From an uncultured Gammaproteobacteria bacterium (lineage in GTDB: Bacteria; Patescibacteriota; Microgenomatia; CAZETR01; Amesbacteraceae), in contig CAZFGX010000001.1 in NCBI GenBank assembly GCA_964518565.1, positions 798,568 to 862,567 of the forward strand: a stretch of 64,000 nucleotides of DNA. Reading direction: 5' to 3'. A model generated the notes under the pieces. It was not told the origin of the DNA and made no database searches. It was given only the letters and a program-made list of their open reading frames with translations. Below are positions 58,456 through 64,000 of the stretch, piece after piece (within the stretch, counting starts at the first letter, position 1; each line of letters opens with the position of its first letter). Position numbers and translations under genes: made by a program.

Positions 58456-60816
58456 CTACAGTTTACTCCGTGTCGCAATTTCACTCTCGACTAGCCGTAC
58501 ATCTTTACCAAATTTTAGCCGGGACAATTGTCGAATCGCATCCGCTAGCTGTGGGTTGTACAGTTTTTTCTCTGCAGCTATATCTTTGGTTACATCCATC
58601 GTAAACGTCGGCACTGGCTCGTTGCGCACAATTGTCTTCACAAACACATTAAATCGCTCCACATTCAATAAATCGGTCTCTGAAAAGTTTGGTGCATATT
58701 CATGTGCCAAAAACGACGCATCTGCCGTACCTACTCGGAAAGAAATTGCCGTACCCACATTTCCGAATACTGCATTTTTTACATCATCCTCCATTTGAGA
58801 GGTAAACTGGTTTGCGACCGTCAAATTCAATTTATATTTGCGAGCTTCAGACAAAATGGTCACAAAATCTGGTGTGGCAAAATTTTGAAATTCGTCTACA
58901 TACATATAAAACGGCACCCGTTCTTCGATCGGAATATCCGCTCTGGACATCGCCGCTGCCAGCAGCTTTGGCACCAACACGAGTCCCAAAAAGTTACTAT
59001 TGTCCTCACCTAATTTTCCCTTAGACAAATTAATAATCAAAATCTTCTTTTTATCCATCGCCTCTCGAAAATCAAATGCCGATTGAGATTGGCCAATAAT
59101 ATTTCGAATAGTCTTATTGGTAATAAACCGACCAAATTTAGACACGATATAGTCCAACACTTCAGACTTATGAAATTCACTCGTCTGGGCAATTTGATCT
59201 GTCCAATATCGTCGCACCAATGGATCGCGCACTTTGGGCAACATCTCCTGAACAAACTCTGGCCGCTGTAATGACTGCACCACTTCAATAAAAGTTCCTC
59301 CAGGCACTGCATCCATCACCGTCAACATCGCATTGCGAATAGCATGCTCAAATCGTGGTCCAATAATACCCGTCTTGTGAGGATCATATAATTTGTACAT
59401 CATGCCAATGACGGCATTCGTCGCTCGATGACGATCTTGATCAGTGTGCGCATCCAACAAATTAAAGCCCATCGGCCGCTCTTCATCAGATGGTTCAAAA
59501 AAGATTACATCTTCAGCCCGTTCGGGTGGAATATATCCCAATAGTTCTTCAGCCAAATCATGCGGATCTATCACACACACTCCGCGACCAGCCCGAATAT
59601 CCTGCAAGATCATGGTTTTGAGAAATTCAGTTTTCCCTGTACCTGTTTTTCCCACGATATACATATGTCGTTCCCGATCCGCCTCACTAATATAGATCGG
59701 CCGAGTGACTCCCCGAAAAATCGACTTACCCAAATATAAGCCTGACTCAGGAATTTGCTGTGGCGCTGGAGCACGCTTGGCATTCAACCAATGAATATGC
59801 GGCGTCTCTACACTCTTATTCGGAAAATGAAAAATAGTCGCCAACTCTTCTGAGTTTAAAATCGTCCAATCTCCCCACAACAACATAGGTTGATACCGAT
59901 AAATAAAATCTGTCATAAACATTGGCTTCAACCGTACCTTTTTCCCCTTCAACCCGTTCAAATCACCGTTGTACTGTTCAAATGCGGCCTTAATATTTGC
60001 CAAATGTGCCTTCGCTGAATCTGCAGAACTCGAAGTCACCACAATCCGAATTGAAGTCCGAAATCCATTTTTAGACACCTTGGCATCTACTGCCTCCAAC
60101 TGCTTGGCATCGACTTTATAACTGGCTTTCTCTGGATTTGCTTCTTTCTTTTTTGTCCTACCAATCCACGCTCGACCCTTGCTCTTCCAGGAAGAGTCAG
60201 CTGGCGAAATCAGCAGTTGTATATGCGCTCCTTCTCCCTCCCCCATTTTGGCCAACGCCGAGGTCAACGCCGCCAACGGATCAGTAGCCAAATTTTTATA
60301 TATTTGGATCGGGTAATATGGGGCATTACGCAAAACTAATTGCGAAAATTCTACCGATCCCTCCTCATTAAATATTGTAGGCTCATCTACCACTCGTATT
60401 TCAGCTCCAGGATACCCACCATGAATTTGCTTCTCTAGTAAATCACGCATTTTTTCTGGCACCACAATATAAAACCGAATATCTTCCCGTCTGGCCACCA
60501 ACTCAAAACTAATATGCGGCTGTACCACCAAAAAATTCAGCAAGCCAAACCAACCTCGAGAGCCTTTTTTAATCGATACCAAACTGGAAAAAATTTGTTC
60601 CATTGCATCAATTTTTATTTCATTATCCCGCGGCACAGCTACTTGCACACAAGTCATTTTCAAACTCTTTTCTTCTCGATCCCGATGTTTATACCAGATA
60701 ACCAACAAATACCCTGCCAGACAGGCCACCAAAGCAAACATTCCCAAAAGTACCATCCAAAAAACTACACTCCAAAATACACTTACCAAACTAATTCCAG
60801 CAACATCACCAGACAT
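58456..60816 (-). CDS. VirD4/TraG-HerA-like membrane-anchored ATPase
   Basis: N-terminal TM, GKTGTGKT, IDPH, YVDEFQNF, EARKY..ANQF. Confidence 0.88.
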   Translation of the reverse strand: MSGDVAGISLVSVFWSVVFWMVLLGMFALVACLAGYLLVIWYKHRDREEKSLKMTCVQVAVPRDNEIKIDAMEQIFSSLVSIKKGSRGWFGLLNFLVVQPHISFELVARREDIRFYIVVPEKMRDLLEKQIHGGYPGAEIRVVDEPTIFNEEGSVEFSQLVLRNAPYYPIQIYKNLATDPLAALTSALAKMGEGEGAHIQLLISPADSSWKSKGRAWIGRTKKKEANPEKASYKVDAKQLEAVDAKVSKNGFRTSIRIVVTSSSADSAKAHLANIKAAFEQYNGDLNGLKGKKVRLKPMFMTDFIYRYQPMLLWGDWTILNSEELATIFHFPNKSVETPHIHWLNAKRAPAPQQIPESGLYLGKSIFRGVTRPIYISEADRERHMYIVGKTGTGKTEFLKTMILQDIRAGRGVCVIDPHDLAEELLGYIPPERAEDVIFFEPSDEERPMGFNLLDAHTDQDRHRATNAVIGMMYKLYDPHKTGIIGPRFEHAIRNAMLTVMDAVPGGTFIEVVQSLQRPEFVQEMLPKVRDPLVRRYWTDQIAQTSEFHKSEVLDYIVSKFGRFITNKTIRNIIGQSQSAFDFREAMDKKKILIINLSKGKLGEDNSNFLGLVLVPKLLAAAMSRADIPIEERVPFYMYVDEFQNFATPDFVTILSEARKYKLNLTVANQFTSQMEDDVKNAVFGNVGTAISFRVGTADASFLAHEYAPNFSETDLLNVERFNVFVKTIVRNEPVPTFTMDVTKDIAAEKKLYNPQLADAIRQLSRLKFGKDVRLVESEIATRSKL

Positions 60817-60843
60817 ACAAATATGATACCATCCACACTCGTC

Positions 60844-61263
60844 TCAATCAGCTTTATAACGCGCCCGACCATTGAGTAATTTTATTTGCCTGACACACCA
60901 TTCCGACAACCACCGCACGCTTTCCCATACTTTATGATGCAATCCTTCCTCTACTTGCGTTTGAGTTAATGGCAATGTCACAGTAGCATTTTGTGGATCC
61001 ACAGTCCGCAACAGTACTTGACCTGTATAGTCATCTACAAGTGTTGGTGGCAACTGTGCCTTTTTATCCACGTTCTCCACATATCCCTCAAGTTCTGGAG
61101 CCGTTTCAGGACTGGTCAATACTTCTTTAGCCAAAGCATCAGTAGCAGGCTTTGTTTCCGAAACTGGCGCAGTCTCCTTACCCCGCATCCCGACACTTAC
61201 TACAGGCGGATTCAAATCCATTTGCGGATTAACCCTTGGATCATTTTTTACATCATCTGCCAT
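60844..61263 (-). CDS. hypothetical protein
   Basis: Disordered N-terminus, LPLT..SVRWLSEWC C-terminus; TAATAT 6 nt before ATG. Confidence 0.7.
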   Translation of the reverse strand: MADDVKNDPRVNPQMDLNPPVVSVGMRGKETAPVSETKPATDALAKEVLTSPETAPELEGYVENVDKKAQLPPTLVDDYTGQVLLRTVDPQNATVTLPLTQTQVEEGLHHKVWESVRWLSEWCVRQIKLLNGRARYKAD

Positions 61264-61281
61264 ATCCATATATTACAGTAT

Positions 61282-61773
61282 CTACATCCACACTTCTTCC
61301 ACTATCCCAAGTTTCATATTCATCCATCGAGCCATGGTAAACAACCCATCAGACAATCGGTTCAAGTACTGCAATGTTTCCACTGAACCAATCTCAGTTT
61401 TGACCACCTCTCGTTCGCAGCGTCGCGCCACGGTTCTAGCCACCTGCAAAAAACCCACCGGAAAAACAAAATGCGTCAACTCTGTCAACTCCGCTGTCAT
61501 AGTATCAATCACTTCTTCTAAATGCATCGTCTCACCAGCATTGATCTTTTTTTCACTCCCAGCCAAACCCGAACCAATATTTAACAAGTTATGTTGTATC
61601 CGATGCAATTCAGTGTCTAACAAAGGATGTTGCTCCCGACACACACCAACCCAACTATTCAATTCGTCAATAGTCCCCAGCGCAATCGCCAATTGATCTC
61701 CCTTAGAAATCGCACCTCGTAATGTTTTTGTGTTTCCCTGGTCTCCTTTTTTTGTATAAATTTTCCCCGCCAT
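61282..61773 (-). CDS. pduO: ATP:cob(I)alamin adenosyltransferase
   Basis: KIYTKKGD.G.T, GTIDELNS, ARTVARRCER, YLNRLSD. Confidence 0.92.
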   Translation of the reverse strand: MAGKIYTKKGDQGNTKTLRGAISKGDQLAIALGTIDELNSWVGVCREQHPLLDTELHRIQHNLLNIGSGLAGSEKKINAGETMHLEEVIDTMTAELTELTHFVFPVGFLQVARTVARRCEREVVKTEIGSVETLQYLNRLSDGLFTMARWMNMKLGIVEEVWM

Positions 61774-61774
61774 A

Positions 61775-61912
61775 TTATTCACAACACGGATCTTTAAATC
61801 CACAATTAGTACAAATTGCTTCCTTGCTTCCAGCTATCACACCAATTTCTTTTCCGCACACTGGACACGGTTGCAAAACTGGTTTTTTAACACTCGCTAT
61901 ATCCACAGGCAT
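61775..61912 (-). CDS. 45-aa zinc-ribbon microprotein (below ORF-track cutoff)
   Basis: MPVDIASVKKPVLQPCPVCGKEIGVIAGSKEAICTNCGFKDPCCE; overlaps nrdJ stop, ends 1 nt before pduO ATG. Confidence 0.7.
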   Translation of the reverse strand: MPVDIASVKKPVLQPCPVCGKEIGVIAGSKEAICTNCGFKDPCCE

Positions 61913-64000
61913 AACATTTCTTACAACCTTCTTCAAAAGCAAACGCAGCCTCTCCGCACGACGGACACAAGTCCGCCTTTTTCTTATGCAACAATCCTAA
62001 TTGTCCGTTGGCATGGCCATTTGTTAGATGTCCATTTCCTGTTGCAACAGGTTCAAAAGCTGGTAATTGCACAGGAGCAACTGCTGCAGTCTGTTCATGT
62101 GAGCCGCTGCCTACAAATCCAAAATGTAAACCAATTGCTTTAGCCACTGCATCTGGCAAACTCCGTACTCGATTTGGGCCAAAACCCACCGACCGGCCTC
62201 CACCAATACCCTGCAACTGCTCCATCAGTTCTCGAGCGCGTTCTTTTGCTGGCAAATGATTGCCAAAACGCAAATTCATCGAAATCAATCTTCCCAATGC
62301 TTCAGCCATCGCTGCTACTTCCGATCCAGCTTTGCCGATTGTTACAAACACTTCAAAGGGGTTACCTGTACCATCATGATTCACAGTAATAAATGCATGC
62401 CCCATCGGCGACTCGATCTTGTATGTCGCCCCTTCTACCTTCACAGGACGAGGCTTTATCACTTGTTCTTCCGCCAATTTTGTTTCCACCACTACTTCTT
62501 TTTTGTCATTCTTTGTCCCCAGATTTAATACCTGCTCATTTTTACAGCCATCTCGAAAAACAGTAATTCCTCGACATCCAGTTTCCCACGCTTCCATATA
62601 TGCCCGCTTCACATCGTCGACAGTCGATTCATTCCGCAAATTAATCGTCTTTGACACAGCATTATCTGTAAATTTTTGAAATGCCGCTTGAGTTCGAATG
62701 TGCCAAGTAGGTTCTATTTCATGCGCCGTTCCAAAAACGAACCGGACATCAGCGGGAATAGAATCAATATCTCGAATTACACCATGTTCAGCTACTTTTT
62801 TCATCAAATCTTCACTATAAATTCCCTTTTGTCTGGCCATTGATTCAAATGCCGGATTCACAAATGTCAGAGTTCTGTTTTCAGATTTCACAATATGCTG
62901 ATATGCAATCGCAAACAAAGGTTCACATCCACCTGAAGCATTAGCCAAAATACCAATCGTCCCAGTGGGAGCAATCGTTGTCACAGTACTATTACGAATT
63001 GGTAAATCATTTTTATAAATACTCTGTTTCCAAAGAGGAAAAGCTCCTCGCTCTTTTGCCAACTGCACCGAAGCCGCGTGTCCTTCAGTATTAATCACTC
63101 GCATCACTTCTTCTGCCAATTCAATTGCCTTTTCACTATCATAGGCAATCCCCAACTCCACCAACATATCTGCCCAACCCCCTACTCCCAACCCAATACG
63201 TCGAATATTGTGCACTGTCTCAGCAATTTGCGGCAAAGGAAACGGATTCATTTCAATCACCGAATCGAGCATTCGCACTGCCGTATGTGTAACTTCTTTC
63301 AATTTTTGCCAATCTACTTTTTTGTCTGGGGTCACAAAGTATCCCAAGAAAATACTTCCCAAATTACAAGCGTCAAAAGGATACAAAGGTTGCTCTCCAC
63401 ACGGATTAGTACTCTCCACTTCCCAACCTTCCATTCGGATTGGATTTGCCGCACTCTGATTTATCCTATCAATAAAGATTAGTCCCGGATCTCCTGTTTT
63501 CCATGCCGACTCAGCAATTTCATTCCACACATGCCGGGCATTTAGCTTCCCTACTACTTTTTTTGATTCAGGAGCTATTAATTCATACTCACCGTCATGT
63601 GCCAAAGCGTCCATAAATGCGTCAGTTATGGTCACCGAAATATTAAAATTAGTAATCCCTACTCCATCATCTTTACAGTGAATAAATTCCAAAATATCCG
63701 GATGATCCACCCGCAAAATACCCATGTTTGCTCCTCTTCGCATTCCACCTTGTTTTACTTGTTGCGTAGCTTCGTTATAAATCTTCATAAACGAAATTGG
63801 GCCCGAAGCCACACCCATCGTAGATCGCACTCGTGAACCCTTTGCCCGCAAACGCGAAAATGAAAAGCCAGTCCCTCCACCGCTTTGATGAATGAGTCCC
63901 TGATATTTCACCCCATCAAAAATTCCTTCCAGGCTGTCAGGCACTGGTAATACGTAGCAAGCGCTATATTGCAAACCATTATCTTTACCTGCATTCATTA
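61887..64000 (-). CDS. nrdJ: class II (AdoCbl-dependent) ribonucleotide reductase with TSCPD-like and Zn-ribbon C-terminus (5' end beyond window)
   Basis: SAC, GGGTG, RRGANM, TNPCGEQPL, CNLGS, IAPTGT, SKTIN, CPSCG..CYACGYSEC. Confidence 0.94.
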   Translation of the reverse strand, partial: MNAGKDNGLQYSACYVLPVPDSLEGIFDGVKYQGLIHQSGGGTGFSFSRLRAKGSRVRSTMGVASGPISFMKIYNEATQQVKQGGMRRGANMGILRVDHPDILEFIHCKDDGVGITNFNISVTITDAFMDALAHDGEYELIAPESKKVVGKLNARHVWNEIAESAWKTGDPGLIFIDRINQSAANPIRMEGWEVESTNPCGEQPLYPFDACNLGSIFLGYFVTPDKKVDWQKLKEVTHTAVRMLDSVIEMNPFPLPQIAETVHNIRRIGLGVGGWADMLVELGIAYDSEKAIELAEEVMRVINTEGHAASVQLAKERGAFPLWKQSIYKNDLPIRNSTVTTIAPTGTIGILANASGGCEPLFAIAYQHIVKSENRTLTFVNPAFESMARQKGIYSEDLMKKVAEHGVIRDIDSIPADVRFVFGTAHEIEPTWHIRTQAAFQKFTDNAVSKTINLRNESTVDDVKRAYMEAWETGCRGITVFRDGCKNEQVLNLGTKNDKKEVVVETKLAEEQVIKPRPVKVEGATYKIESPMGHAFITVNHDGTGNPFEVFVTIGKAGSEVAAMAEALGRLISMNLRFGNHLPAKERARELMEQLQGIGGGRSVGFGPNRVRSLPDAVAKAIGLHFGFVGSGSHEQTAAVAPVQLPAFEPVATGNGHLTNGHANGQLGLLHKKKADLCPSCGEAAFAFEEGCKKCYACGYSEC

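Noticed and set aside
58456-60816. Conjugative element suggested by the VirD4-like ATPase
   Set aside because: No relaxase or other T4SS genes nearby; such ATPases are common chromosomal genes in CPR

Overview
A 64-kb bacterial window that looks like Patescibacteria/CPR (Microgenomates-like), inferred from 16S signatures, intron-bearing rRNA/tRNA genes and gene content; it uses the standard code, with TGA as stop. The rrn operon is split: 16S (27.06-28.55 kb) lies ~19.5 kb upstream of tRNA-Ala-23S-5S on the same strand, and the 23S carries two ORF-less group I introns (E. coli sites 1951 and 2500). The gap holds a MacAB-type exporter and a cluster of secreted glycan-active proteins: a dockerin glycoside hydrolase, a cohesin scaffoldin-like protein, a PQQ-type sugar dehydrogenase and five copies of a shared CBM-like tail. 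A minus-strand housekeeping run (trx/dsbA, pth, ATP-dependent ligase, fic, recF, mutM, ftsH, trpS) follows, then a ~10-kb accessory island of self-contained transcription units, tRNAs for the AUN box and nrdJ-pduO. Best leads: (1) an unannotated VKOR-dihydroorotate dehydrogenase fusion at the left edge; (2) an rrn boxA-like 12-mer in front of 8 leadered accessory genes while many core genes look leaderless; (3) a 193-nt group I intron in an aberrant initiator-like tRNA next to a free-standing LAGLIDADG-like gene; (4) a zinc-ribbon protein with amyloid-signalling-like motifs. All calls are by eye; no database searches were run.
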